Under the pieces are notes generated by a model that was given only the letters and a program-made list of their open reading frames with translations, had not been told where the DNA came from and did not search any database. This document shows, piece by piece, positions 19,404-29,437 of a stretch of DNA of 64,000 nucleotides. Within the stretch, counting starts at the first letter, position 1. The number at the start of each line of letters is the position of its first letter. Source of the stretch: Candidatus Tectimicrobiota bacterium (lineage in GTDB: Bacteria; JACPUC01). The translations under genes were made by a program, and so were the position numbers. The DNA is taken from NCBI GenBank assembly GCA_016192455.1, contig JACPUC010000003.1, forward strand, positions 186,001 through 250,000, read 5' to 3'.

Positions 19404-20801
19404 ATGGCAACGACGGCATCGACCCAGACCCCCGACCTGAGCTTCCGCGAGGCGCTGCGCCGCCTCGATGCGGCGGGCCTCCTGCTGAAGGTGGAGGATG
19501 AGGTCGACACCGACCTCGAGGTCACGGGCATCATGTTCACGCAGCCGGAGCGGGCCATGCTCTTCCAGCGCGTGCGGGGCTACGGCATGCAGATGATCGG
19601 CAACTTCATGGGCAGCGAGGAGAACGTCCTGGCCATCTACCAGAAGGACGTCTCCGAGGTGCGCCGCTACATCGCCGAGGGGCTGGGATCGCCGATGCCG
19701 CCGACGCGCGTCGCCTCCGGCCCGGTGCAGGAGGTCGTGCACGACAACCCCGACCTGCTCGAGCACCTGCCGCTGCCGAAGTACGCCCCGCAAGACGGCG
19801 GGCGCTACATCTCCGCCGGCGTCGTCATCGCCAAGGACGCCGAGACCGGCGTCTACAACGCCTCGTTCCACCGCTTCATGCACGTCGAGCGCAACCGCCT
19901 CCTTATCCGGCTCGACTTCGGGCGCCACCTGCGCGCCCTGTGGGAGCGGGCCAAGGCGAAAGGGGAGCCGCTGCCGATCGCCATCGTCCTGGGGCCGGAC
20001 ATCGGCACGCTCTACGCCGCCGCCATCATGGGGGCGCAGCTCCCCTTGGAGATGGACGAGTACCACGTCGCTTCCGGCATCCGCCGCAAGCCGGTCGAGC
20101 TCATCGACTGCCGCACCGTGCCGCTGCAGGTGCCGGCCGACGCCGAGGTAGTCATGGAGGGCTATATCTCACCCACGGAGGAGATGCAGGAGGGGCCGTT
20201 CCTCGACTTCACCACCCTCTACTCGGAAGTCGAGCCGGCGCCGGTGGTGACGATCACCTGCCTCTACCACCGCAAGAACCCGATCTGGCACGTCATCATG
20301 ACCAACGAGGCGCCGCTCTTCCGCAAGCACCTCCTCGAGGGGGCGATTCTCAAGGCGGTGAAGGCGGCGGCGCCCTGCGTCACCGACGTGGTCCTGACCG
20401 CCGGCGGCCTCTACCGCTTTCACCTCCACATCGCCGTGCGCAAGCGCAGCGCCGCCGACGAGGGCTACCAGCGCAACGCCATCTACGCCGCCATCACCGC
20501 CCTGAAGGACCTCGACCTGATCATCGTCGTCGATGACGACATCGACATCCGCAATTGGACCGACGTGGAGTGGGCCCTGGCCATGCGCTGGGACGCCTCG
20601 CGGGGCATCATCCTTCTGCCGGCCTCGCGGGGGCACGAGATCGCGCCGATCTCCGAGGCGGGCGTGCGCGCCAAGGTCGGCATCGACGCCACCCTCCCCT
20701 TCGGTTTCACCAAGCGCCACAAGCGCATCCCCATCCCGCCGGCCGACCTCAGCCGCTACCGCACCAGCCTGGCGCCGGGGTTCTCGCCTTCCAGCTCATA
20801 A
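19404..20801 (+). CDS. UbiD family decarboxylase
   Basis: DGGRY, NASFHR, EGPFLD, VDDDID and GIDAT motifs. Confidence 0.9.
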   Translation: MATTASTQTPDLSFREALRRLDAAGLLLKVEDEVDTDLEVTGIMFTQPERAMLFQRVRGYGMQMIGNFMGSEENVLAIYQKDVSEVRRYIAEGLGSPMPPTRVASGPVQEVVHDNPDLLEHLPLPKYAPQDGGRYISAGVVIAKDAETGVYNASFHRFMHVERNRLLIRLDFGRHLRALWERAKAKGEPLPIAIVLGPDIGTLYAAAIMGAQLPLEMDEYHVASGIRRKPVELIDCRTVPLQVPADAEVVMEGYISPTEEMQEGPFLDFTTLYSEVEPAPVVTITCLYHRKNPIWHVIMTNEAPLFRKHLLEGAILKAVKAAAPCVTDVVLTAGGLYRFHLHIAVRKRSAADEGYQRNAIYAAITALKDLDLIIVVDDDIDIRNWTDVEWALAMRWDASRGIILLPASRGHEIAPISEAGVRAKVGIDATLPFGFTKRHKRIPIPPADLSRYRTSLAPGFSPSSS

Positions 20802-21006
20802 GTTCTCTCTATAATTTCAACACCTTCCTCGTGCTCGGTAAAAGGGGGATTTTTGTGGGGGACCCTTGCTCCCCCCACACCCCCATCCCATAGGGGCGGT
20901 TCGCGAACCGCCCTGGCAAGGCGGGGTGCGCCTGCCGGCCGGCAGGCAGGCGAGGGGGCAAGGCTCCCTCGCGGATTGATACGATTAAATTTAAGAAACA
21001 GCATAG
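20795..21006 (+). mobile_element. MITE-like repeat copy (left end eroded)
   Basis: Shares GGGGACCCTTGCTCCCC, REP, CGAGGGGGC...CCCTCGC and AAGAAACAGCA modules with 26704-26913. Confidence 0.7.
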
Positions 21007-21071
21007 ATAAGAAGGGCCGGGATTCCTGCGCGGACCGCCAGCAGGGCGCGATCCGAGCCGCCGTCCGCGCC

Positions 21072-21518
21072 TCAGCGGGCAACGGGCACGGCGGTCGGCG
21101 GGTGCGCGAAGTGCCGGATCGAGTCGCGCACCTCGTCGGGGATGTCGCGCGCGCCGATCTTCCCCCCCTCGGTGCTGACGCAGATGCGCTGCAGCCAGCC
21201 CTTGGCGACGAGCTCCCGCGTGTCGCCGCGATAGACCTCGTGCACCAGGTAGTAGGTCTTCTCGCGCAGGTCCTCGAGGCGCGACTCCACCCGCAGAACC
21301 TCGTCATAGGAGGCCGTGGCGAACACCTCCCAGTGCACGCCCAGGCAGACGTAAGCCATCTTGTACTTCTCGCGGAAGATGCGTTTGCTCCCTTTCTCGG
21401 TGCGGAACAGCTCCTCCTCTCCCTGTTGGAAGAAGACGTTGACAGCGCCGTAGTAGAGCTGTCCCGTCTCGTCGCAGTCGTGTTTCGAGACGCGCATCGT
21501 GATCGTCGATGTTTCCAT
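21072..21518 (-). CDS. Acyl-CoA thioesterase (4HBT/YbgC hot-dog fold)
   Basis: RVSKHDCDETGQLYY motif; size fits the family. Confidence 0.75.
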   Translation of the reverse strand: METSTITMRVSKHDCDETGQLYYGAVNVFFQQGEEELFRTEKGSKRIFREKYKMAYVCLGVHWEVFATASYDEVLRVESRLEDLREKTYYLVHEVYRGDTRELVAKGWLQRICVSTEGGKIGARDIPDEVRDSIRHFAHPPTAVPVAR

Positions 21519-22032
21519 CCTTGGGACCTCGGCAAAGCGTGAGAAGCGCGCGGCGCGTCCGTCCTCGGCGCGGACGTGACGTGCCTGACCGACGCGACGG
21601 GCGCCACGGCGGCGCCGCTCGCCGCACGCAGTGGTCGCCGCCGCGCTGAGCCGGACGCCTGGCCACGCGGCGCCTCTGGCTCTCGAAGTCCGGCGTCCGG
21701 CGCCGTCATGGCCTCTTCCTTCTAGCTGTCGCGGAGCCACACGTCAAGCCTCCTGCCCGCTCTGCCGGCGCGCTCCCGTCCGCCGGCGCGGATTCGCTCT
21801 GGAATCTAGCTGCGCAATTTTGTACAGTTGTTATACTGCCAAACGTATACGGCGGACGCGGCTCCGGCGGCAAGGCGACAAGCGTCGTGGGTCGCTGTCG
21901 CGTCCCGCCGCAACGCCGCGGAATGGATGCGGCAGCCTGGAGCGTGCCAGGCGACGGCGTTCGAGAGGACCATGGTGGACAGGAGTGCGCTGATCAGTCG
22001 GGAGGCTGGATAGCGGGGCCGGGGAGGGAATC

Positions 22033-23709
22033 ATGCCGCGACATGAGGTCGTCGTCGTTGGCGGGGGCGTGGCGGGCATGCGGGCGGCGCTGGCGGCGGG
22101 GCGGCAGGGGCGCGGCGTGGCCCTCATCTCGAAGACGCAGCCGCTGCGCAGCCATTCGGTGACGGCGCAAGACGGGATCAATGCAGCGCTGCGGCAGGGC
22201 GATTCCTGGGACGCCCACGCGCTTGACACCATCGCGGCGGGCGAGCATCTCTGCGACCAGGACGCCGTGGAGGCGCTCTGCCAGGGAGCGGAGGCCGCCG
22301 TCTTCGAGCTCGATCACTGGGGCGTGCCGTTCCACCGCAACGCCGAGGGCAAGCTGGACACCCGGCAGCTCGCCGCCGCGGCCGCTCCGCGCGCCTGCTA
22401 CGTGGGCGACCTGACGGGACACAGCATCCTCACCGTCCTCTACGAGCAGCTCCTGAAGCAGGGCATCCCCACCTACGACGAATTCCACGTCACCTCGCTC
22501 ATCCTCCAGGATGGCGCCTGCCGCGGCGTCCTCGCCCTGGAGCTGGCGACGGGCGCGCTGCACGCCTTCGAAGCCGGCGCCGTCGTCCTGGCCAGCGGCG
22601 GGTTTGGGCGCGCTTACGCCGGCAGCGCCGCCTCGGAGTATTGCAGCGGCGACGGGCCGGCGCTCGCCTATGCCGGCGGCGCCGCGCTCCGCGACATGGA
22701 GATGATCCAGTTCCACCCCTGCGGGCTGAAGGGGCGCCCGCTGGCCGTGGGGGAAGCCGTGTTCGGCCTTGGCGCGCAGCTCAAGAACGCCGCCGGCGAC
22801 CGCTTCCTGGAGCGCAGCGAGCCCGAGCGCCGGGAGCTGGCGCCGCGTCACCTCAGCGCCCGGGCCGCGGCCGAGGAGATTGCCGCCGGTCGCGGCGAGG
22901 CGGGCTGCGTCTTCCTCGACGCCACCGGCCTCGAGGCCGCGCTCGTGGAGCGTCATCTCGCCAAGACCCGCGAGCTGACGAAGACCCTCCTGGGTCTCGA
23001 TCTGCACAAAGATCGCCTGCCGGTCGCCCCCATCATGTATCGCTCGATGGGCGGCGTGGCGGTGAGCCTCGACGGCGCGACGGAGATTTCCGGCCTCTTC
23101 GCCGCCGGCGAGTGCGCCAGCATCAACGTGCACGGCGCAAGCTGCCTGGGGGGCAACACTCTGTTGAGCTGCCTCGTCTTCGGCAGCCGGGCGGGCGCCG
23201 CCGCCGCGGCCCACGCCGGCTCGCAGCCGGCCTCCGGCCCTCTGCCGGCCAGCCTGGCGCAGGATGAGGAGCGCCGCCTGCTGGCGATCCTCGCCCGCCC
23301 CGCCAACCACGACCGCCCGGCAGCCGTCCGCCAGGAGTTGGGGCGCCTGCTGCAGGCGAAGGCGGGGATCGTCCGCGATGCCGGCGGGCTGGCCGAGGCG
23401 CGCCGGGCGATCGCCGGCTTGCGCGAACGCTACGACAGGATGGGCCTGCGGGCGAAGAACCGCGCCTTCAACTTCGACCTCACGGCGCACCTCGACCTTG
23501 GCAACCTCCTCGTCGTCGGGGAGGCCATCGTGGCGGCGGCGGCCTGCCGCGAGGAGAGCCGCGGCTGTCACTGCCGCAGTGATTTCCCCGCCCGCGATGA
23601 TGACGCATGGCTGAAGCACACCCTCGTGAAGCTCGACGCCGGGACCCCCAGCGTGACCAGCCGGCCGGTTACGGTGACCCGTTGGCGCGCCGAGAGGAGG
23701 ACCTTGTGA
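22033..23709 (+). CDS. sdhA: Succinate dehydrogenase/fumarate reductase flavoprotein-like subunit with atypical active site
   Basis: GGGVAG, RSHS, QFHP, GLFAAGE and REESRG motifs. Several dicarboxylate ligands are substituted. Confidence 0.85.
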   Translation: MPRHEVVVVGGGVAGMRAALAAGRQGRGVALISKTQPLRSHSVTAQDGINAALRQGDSWDAHALDTIAAGEHLCDQDAVEALCQGAEAAVFELDHWGVPFHRNAEGKLDTRQLAAAAAPRACYVGDLTGHSILTVLYEQLLKQGIPTYDEFHVTSLILQDGACRGVLALELATGALHAFEAGAVVLASGGFGRAYAGSAASEYCSGDGPALAYAGGAALRDMEMIQFHPCGLKGRPLAVGEAVFGLGAQLKNAAGDRFLERSEPERRELAPRHLSARAAAEEIAAGRGEAGCVFLDATGLEAALVERHLAKTRELTKTLLGLDLHKDRLPVAPIMYRSMGGVAVSLDGATEISGLFAAGECASINVHGASCLGGNTLLSCLVFGSRAGAAAAAHAGSQPASGPLPASLAQDEERRLLAILARPANHDRPAAVRQELGRLLQAKAGIVRDAGGLAEARRAIAGLRERYDRMGLRAKNRAFNFDLTAHLDLGNLLVVGEAIVAAAACREESRGCHCRSDFPARDDDAWLKHTLVKLDAGTPSVTSRPVTVTRWRAERRTL

Positions 23710-24674
23710 TGCAGGTGACGTTCAACGTATCTCGCTCTGCCGCGGCGGGCAACGGCGCCGCCGGCGCCGCCGTCTCCACCTACGAGGTGGAGCTTGCCGA
23801 GGCGGCCACGGTCCTCGATGGGCTGCTGAAAATCCGCGATGAGCAGGACGGCTCGCTGGCGTTCCGCTCCTCCTGCGATCGCGGGCTGTGCGGCGGCTGC
23901 GCCATGCGCATCAACAAGAAAGGCCGCCTCGCCTGCGTCCTCCCGGTGCGCAGCATCTCGAAGAACAACATCGTCAACGTGGAACCGGTGCGCTGCGCCC
24001 CCGTGGCCCAGGATGTGCGGCTCGACATGGAGCGCTTTCACTGGCGGAAGATGAAGAAGGTGCAGCCCTGGCTGAGCCCGCGGCAGACGCCGTCGCGGGA
24101 GCACCTCCTGCGCGACGAGGAGCTGGAGGAGACGCGCGCGGCGATGCGCTGCAACAACTGCGGCCTGTGCGACGAAGGCTGCACGGTCATCGTGGTGGAC
24201 TCCGAGTTCCTCGGCCCCGCGGCACTCACCAAAGGCTTCCGCTTCGCCAGCGACCCGCGCGACGGCGCGCGGCTGCAGCGGCTCCGCCAGCTCTCGGAAC
24301 CGGGGGGCGTCTGGGACTGCACCCACTGCTTCGAGGCCAACGGCCATTGCCCGCAGAACATCGCCCCCACCGACCGCATCTTTCAGATGCGGGACGAGGC
24401 CATCCTCAACGGCATCAAGTCGGGGATCACCAACCCGAAGGTGGCGCGCCACTATGACAGCTTCGCCAAGTCCGTGCGCCAGAGCGGCTGGCTGGATGAG
24501 ACGCGCCTCGCCATCGAGTCGGAGGGCTACGGCAACCTCAAGGGTCTCCTCAAGCTCCTTCCCACCGCCATCAAGGCGATGAAGCGCGGCAAGGCGCCGC
24601 TGCCCTACCTGCATGCCAAACGGCCGGGCGCCGAGCACATCACCCGCATCTTCGAGAAGGCAGAGGAAAAATGA
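23709..24674 (+). CDS. sdhB: Succinate dehydrogenase/fumarate reductase Fe-S subunit
   Basis: SCDRGLCGGC..C, CNNCGLCDEGC and CTHCFEANGHCP clusters. Confidence 0.88.
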   Translation: MQVTFNVSRSAAAGNGAAGAAVSTYEVELAEAATVLDGLLKIRDEQDGSLAFRSSCDRGLCGGCAMRINKKGRLACVLPVRSISKNNIVNVEPVRCAPVAQDVRLDMERFHWRKMKKVQPWLSPRQTPSREHLLRDEELEETRAAMRCNNCGLCDEGCTVIVVDSEFLGPAALTKGFRFASDPRDGARLQRLRQLSEPGGVWDCTHCFEANGHCPQNIAPTDRIFQMRDEAILNGIKSGITNPKVARHYDSFAKSVRQSGWLDETRLAIESEGYGNLKGLLKLLPTAIKAMKRGKAPLPYLHAKRPGAEHITRIFEKAEEK

Positions 24675-25549
24675 CCATGCAGTATGCTTTCTACCCCGGC
24701 TGCGTCTCCAAGGGGGGCTGTCCGGAACTCTACCCCGCGGCCCTGAAGGTGTGCGAGCGCCTGGGGATCGACTTGGTGGAGATGACGGACGTGGGCTGCA
24801 CGGGCGCCGGCGTCCTTCCCGCCGAGATTTCGGACCCGATCAATGCCCGCACCTTTGCGCAGGCGGAGGCCCAGGGTCTGCCGATCATGACCATCTGCAG
24901 CACCTGCACGGGGGTGATGACGCAGGCCAACGCCCGCCTGCAGGAGGAGCGCTACCGCGAGGCTATCAACGCGGAGCACCTGGCCGAAGAGGGCTTGCGC
25001 TACCGCGGCGCCACGAAAGTGAAGCACCTCCTCTGGGTGCTCTTCGAGGATTACGGCTTGGAGAAGCTGAAGGAGCACCTCACCACCTCCCTCGAAGGGC
25101 TGCGCGTGGCGCCGTTCTACGGCTGCTACATCCGCCGTCCGTCCGACCTCATCACGAAGGACTTCAAGGGCCGCAAGGAGTACCTTGACGAGCTCATCGA
25201 GGCGCTGGGCGCCGAGGTGACCGAGTACAGCGGCAAAGGGAAATGCTGCGGCTTCCCCATCCTCACCTCGAACGAGCGCAACTCCCTGGCGATGGCCGGC
25301 AACCACACCCACGAGGCGAAGAGCAAGGGCGCGGACTGCATGGTGACGCCATGCCCCCTCTGCCACCTCAACCTGGACGGCAATCAGGACCGGGCCGGGG
25401 CGCAGAAAGGGGTGGAGATCGACCTGCCGGTGCTGCACCTGCCGCAGCTCCTCGGCCTCGCCATGGGGTTCAGCCCGGATGAGCTGCAGCTCCAGCGGCA
25501 CCTGGTGGATACCCGGCCGCTGCGCGAGAAGATGTCGGTGCTGGCCTGA
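24671..25549 (+). CDS. CCG-domain subunit (HdrB / type-E SdhE-like anchor)
   Basis: FYPGC, CSTC, FYGC, KCCG and CPLC motifs; coupled to sdhB. Confidence 0.88.
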   Translation: MTMQYAFYPGCVSKGGCPELYPAALKVCERLGIDLVEMTDVGCTGAGVLPAEISDPINARTFAQAEAQGLPIMTICSTCTGVMTQANARLQEERYREAINAEHLAEEGLRYRGATKVKHLLWVLFEDYGLEKLKEHLTTSLEGLRVAPFYGCYIRRPSDLITKDFKGRKEYLDELIEALGAEVTEYSGKGKCCGFPILTSNERNSLAMAGNHTHEAKSKGADCMVTPCPLCHLNLDGNQDRAGAQKGVEIDLPVLHLPQLLGLAMGFSPDELQLQRHLVDTRPLREKMSVLA

Positions 25550-25691
25550 CGCCGGGGCCGCCGCGCCTCCCGACGCCGCACCGGCAGCCGCGAGGATACG
25601 GCATGGGGATGGCTAGCATCGTATCCCCTACGTTCCATCACCTAATTCTGAGAGGGGACCTTCTCCCCAACCGCGCCCGCGGGGGCTGATC

Positions 25692-25915
25692 GTAGGGGAG
25701 GGGCTTGCCCCGCCCGGCGCCTACGTCCGCGAGGGAACCTTGTCCCCTCGCCTGCCTGCCGGCCGGCAGGCAGGCGCACCCCGCCTGGTAGGGGCGGTTC
25801 GCGAACCGCCCCTACGGGATGGGCGTGTGGGGAGCATGGGTCCCTCACAAGCCCCTTGCCAATGCAGCGAGCAGCGCCGCAATGATGTGAGCGAACTTCT
25901 GAGACGCAACACTAG
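25692..25915 (-). mobile_element. MITE-like repeat copy, reverse orientation
   Basis: Ends TGAGACGCAACACTAG at 25915. Contains a REP at 25788-25815 and the palindrome CCTGCCTGCCGGCCGGCAGGCAGG. Confidence 0.75.
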
Positions 25916-26041
25916 CCACGACGGTCCCGTGCCGAAGCATTTCTTAGTTGCGGGACGTGAGCAGGGAAGTTATAATTAGTCCAGTGGCTAGTGTGCTCGC
26001 TGTGGCAACTGGGAGTATTCCCAACTGCTGGGATGCAGGTC

Positions 26042-26707
26042 ATGCCGTACAGGGGAAGATCACGAACGGGTAAGCGCACCGGCCCCTCGCGGCACCTCGG
26101 CACGCGCCATAGTACGCGGGGGATCCTGCGCAAGAACCTGCTGAGCGGCGGGGCGCGCTTCTTCACCTACCCGATCTTGTCGATCTGCGTGCTCACCGCG
26201 GCCGCCAGCGTGCTGGGGCTGATCCACCCCGAGGTCTTCGATTTCATGCGGGGGCAAGCTATCTTCAGGGCATTGACAGGCGAGACCAAGACGGTGGAAG
26301 GCAGGGCGTACGGGAATATCAATGTCGAAAAGTTCGTCGCCAAAGCGGTGGACCTGCACCGCCAAGAGGTGCCGCCGAATAAGATCGTTGGCTACCTGGA
26401 ACAGCAGTTTGCCATGAGCAAGCAAATGAAGAACGAATTGGAGGCCATCGGGGTGCCTGTTGACCGCGCCCTGGACTACTGGGGGAACAAAGGGCTGACC
26501 GCTGATCAGACCCTGTCGCGCTTGCAGCAGGAGGGGGTGAATATCCAGCTTGGCTACGACATCCTGAAGCGCCGCGGCGTGCCCGTGCAGTCGCTCATCG
26601 AGCGCGCCCAGGTTGACCGCGGCGTCGAAGTGAACAACATGAAGCAGAGCGCTACCCAGACCGAGCGCGGCAAGAGCTTCGCCTCGGCGAATGCGCTCGG
26701 CAACTAG
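26042..26707 (+). CDS. Hypothetical membrane-anchored protein
   Basis: Basic N-terminus, one hydrophobic helix and a helical C-terminal domain. Start uncertain; the stop lies in the MITE end. Confidence 0.65.
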   Translation: MPYRGRSRTGKRTGPSRHLGTRHSTRGILRKNLLSGGARFFTYPILSICVLTAAASVLGLIHPEVFDFMRGQAIFRALTGETKTVEGRAYGNINVEKFVAKAVDLHRQEVPPNKIVGYLEQQFAMSKQMKNELEAIGVPVDRALDYWGNKGLTADQTLSRLQQEGVNIQLGYDILKRRGVPVQSLIERAQVDRGVEVNNMKQSATQTERGKSFASANALGN

Positions 26708-26913
26708 TGTTGCGTCTCACAAGCTCCATCCTAAATTCGACGCCTTCTTCGTGCCATCTGCGGGGGGAAATTTGGGGGGGCCTTGCTCCCCCACACCCTC
26801 AGACCCTGCGAGCTGTAGGGGCGGTTCGCGAACCGCCCTACGATTAGGGGTGTGCGAGGGGGCGAGGCTCCCTCGCAAATCTAGGCGATCTAATTTGAGA
26901 AACAGCACACGAG
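26704..26913 (+). mobile_element. ~210-bp MITE-like element with internal REP
   Basis: CTAGTGTTGCGTCTCA...TGAGAAACAGCAC imperfect terminal inverted repeats; highly similar to 38569-38784. Confidence 0.8.
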
Positions 26914-27022
26914 CAGGCGCCAAAGCCGGCGGCGGCCCGCAAAACTCCGCCTGCCGCGAAGGAAGCGTCCTCATGCCGCGGCGCTCCTCTCCCGCCCCTT
27001 CTTCCCTCCTTGCATGAGCTGA

Positions 27023-27844
27023 TCAGGCGAACCGCGCCACCAGCCGCCCCAGGCCGGAGTAGGCCGCCTCGAAGCGGTCCCCTGCCGCCGCCATGTAGGT
27101 CGTGGTGAACGATCCGCAGAGGACGCACTCCCCCGCTTCCAGGGCGCGGTCGAACTCCGCCAGCTTGTTCACGAGCCAGGCCACCGAGTTCGCCGGATGC
27201 CCCAGGATCGCCGCGCCGCGCGCCCGTCCCACCTCGACGCCGTTCTTCTCCAGCGCCATCTCCAGCTCCACCAGGTTCAGCCCGAGCGCCGCCTCGTCGC
27301 CGCCGCCCAACACCGCGCCGGCGTTGAAGCCGTTATCGGCGATGCAGTCGGCGGCGCTGAACTTCCAGGTCGGGAAGCGGCAGTCCACCAGCTCGAAGGC
27401 CGGGGCGACGCGCTGGGTGGCGGCAAGCGCCTGCTCCGCCGTGACGCCGGGACCCCGCAGGCGCCGCGACAACACGAACAGCAGTTCCGGCTCGATGCCG
27501 GGGTGAATGAAGGCGCGGCGCGGAATCGTCGCCCCATCCCGGTAGACGGCGCCGTCGAGGAGATGGCCGAAGATCGGCTCGTGGACGCCGAACGCCTCTT
27601 GGATGCCGCGGCTGGCGAACCCCACCTTGTAGCCCAGGCGGCGCCGGCCGGCGGCCTGCTTGCGGGCGGTCGCGGCAAGCTGCACGGCGTACGCCTCCGC
27701 CACCGAGAAGGCCGGCTGCTGCTGGCTCACGAGGGGGCGGGGCGCCGCCTCCTCTTCGGCTCGACAGAAGCTCTCCGCCAGGGCGGCGATGACGGCGGCA
27801 TCGAGGGAGTCCCCGGCAGCGGCCGCCATGATCTTCTCCTCCAT
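27023..27844 (-). CDS. 2-keto-4-pentenoate hydratase / FAH family
   Basis: AYAVQ, GYKVG, EPIFG, IEPE, IADN and LGHPANSVAWL motifs. Confidence 0.9.
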   Translation of the reverse strand: MEEKIMAAAAGDSLDAAVIAALAESFCRAEEEAAPRPLVSQQQPAFSVAEAYAVQLAATARKQAAGRRRLGYKVGFASRGIQEAFGVHEPIFGHLLDGAVYRDGATIPRRAFIHPGIEPELLFVLSRRLRGPGVTAEQALAATQRVAPAFELVDCRFPTWKFSAADCIADNGFNAGAVLGGGDEAALGLNLVELEMALEKNGVEVGRARGAAILGHPANSVAWLVNKLAEFDRALEAGECVLCGSFTTTYMAAAGDRFEAAYSGLGRLVARFA

Positions 27845-28212
27845 CCGCGGCAGCCACGGCACTGCGGCGCGCCGCGGGGTCTCGTGGTCTGGCTCACGGC
27901 TTCAAGGAGAAATTGGCTGCGTTGCAAGCAACATTTTCTTGCGGGAGGCCCTTGCCGCCCCACCTGCCGACCGCCGGGGCAGGCAGGCGCCTCACAGTCG
28001 GGCGGGGCAAGCCCCGCCCCTACGAGCCACCCGCCGACCGCCTCAGCGGGGCAGGCAGGCGCCCCCAGACCCTCCCTCACCCGTTCCCTCTCCAATTGGG
28101 AGAGGGGCCAGGGGTGAGGGGTGCGCGAGGCGGCGCGGCTGCCGCGCGGAAAAACTGCCTCGGAGCTGCAACGACCTCTCCCTCGTCATGTGGTACTTCA
28201 CTCGACGCTCCA

Positions 28213-29265
28213 TTAGGTCTCGCCGGGCTTGACGCCGACGGTGAGGGTGAAGGCGCCCTGGTTGAACGGGTGCTGCTCAAGGTCGCGGAAGCCGCAGCGC
28301 TCCACCAGCGCCCGCACCTCCGGGATGCTGAGGTGCCGATTCCCCCAGACCATCTCCATGTACTGGTCCATGACGCCGTAGGAGAACTCCGGTTGGCGCA
28401 GCTCTTCGCGCCTCGCCGGGTAGGAGAAGTCCAGGTTCAGGAACACCCCTCCCGGCCGCAGCACGCGGTGGGCGTTGCGCAGCACGGCCTCCTTGTCGTC
28501 GGCCCGCACCTCGTGCAGCGTCACCACCATGCTGACGTAGTCGAAGCTCGCCGCCTCGCCGAACGCGGCGCCGTTCGCCACGAGCAGCGTCACCCGGTCG
28601 CCCAACCCCTCGGCGGCGATGCCCTCCCGCCCACGTTGGATTGCGTGGCGATCGGAATCGACGCCTGTGAACCGGCTGGCCGGATAACGTTTCGCCAGCT
28701 CGCGCGGCAGCGCCCCGGCGCCGCAGCCGATCTCCAGGAAGCGCGCGCCGGCGCCGAGGCGTTCGCGCATGCCGCGCACGCGCTTCGTCACCCCGCCGAC
28801 GAAGACAACGTAGAAGTTCTTCGTGATGTCCGCCACGGCATGCGACAGCGAGGCATCGTGATCCTGGTACGTGAAGGTGGCGCCGCTACGGAAGAACTCC
28901 GGGAAGCGCACCAGGTCCTTGTACACCTCGAGGCCTGAGAAGCGCAGGCTGGCGGCGAGGTTGCGGGGATTGCTCTCGTCCACGAGCACCTCGCCGAGGT
29001 TCGGCTGAAGCTGGAAGCGGCCGGCCGCATCGGCGTCGAGGAGCTCCAGCGCGTAGGCGGTCTCGCACCAGAAGCGCACGTAGGGAGCGTGCAGGCCGAG
29101 CCGAGCCGCCAGCTCCGCGGCCGTCAACCCCGGCGCGCCGGCGCGCTCCAGGGCGGCAAACAGGCCGAGCTCCGTTCCGGTAAGGATGACGAGCACGCCG
29201 ATGAAGCCGCGCTCGAAGGTGCGCACCTTCTGCATCTGTTCGTCGGTGGTTGGTTCCGGCATCAC
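28213..29265 (-). CDS. Class I SAM-dependent methyltransferase with N-terminal winged helix
   Basis: ELAARLGLH..YVR.W N-terminal domain; LEIGCGAG; LRPGG. Confidence 0.88.
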   Translation of the reverse strand: MMPEPTTDEQMQKVRTFERGFIGVLVILTGTELGLFAALERAGAPGLTAAELAARLGLHAPYVRFWCETAYALELLDADAAGRFQLQPNLGEVLVDESNPRNLAASLRFSGLEVYKDLVRFPEFFRSGATFTYQDHDASLSHAVADITKNFYVVFVGGVTKRVRGMRERLGAGARFLEIGCGAGALPRELAKRYPASRFTGVDSDRHAIQRGREGIAAEGLGDRVTLLVANGAAFGEAASFDYVSMVVTLHEVRADDKEAVLRNAHRVLRPGGVFLNLDFSYPARREELRQPEFSYGVMDQYMEMVWGNRHLSIPEVRALVERCGFRDLEQHPFNQGAFTLTVGVKPGET

Positions 29266-29312
29266 GAACGTCCCTTCCTGCTCCTCGGCCTCGGAGGCTG
29301 GTCAGATGGCAG

Positions 29313-29389
29313 GCTGGCGCGCGAGGGGGCACCTGGGTCGTAGGGGCGGTTCGCGAACCGCCCCTAACGCGCTGGCGCGCGAGGGGGCA
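29313..29389. repeat. REP flanked by 19-bp direct repeats
   Basis: GCTGGCGCGCGAGGGGGCA at 29313-29331 and 29371-29389 surrounds the REP starting at 29340. Confidence 0.8.
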
Positions 29390-29437
29390 GCCGGCGGAGG
29401 CGGCGTGATCGGCTCCGCCCCAGGCCCGCTGAGCCGC

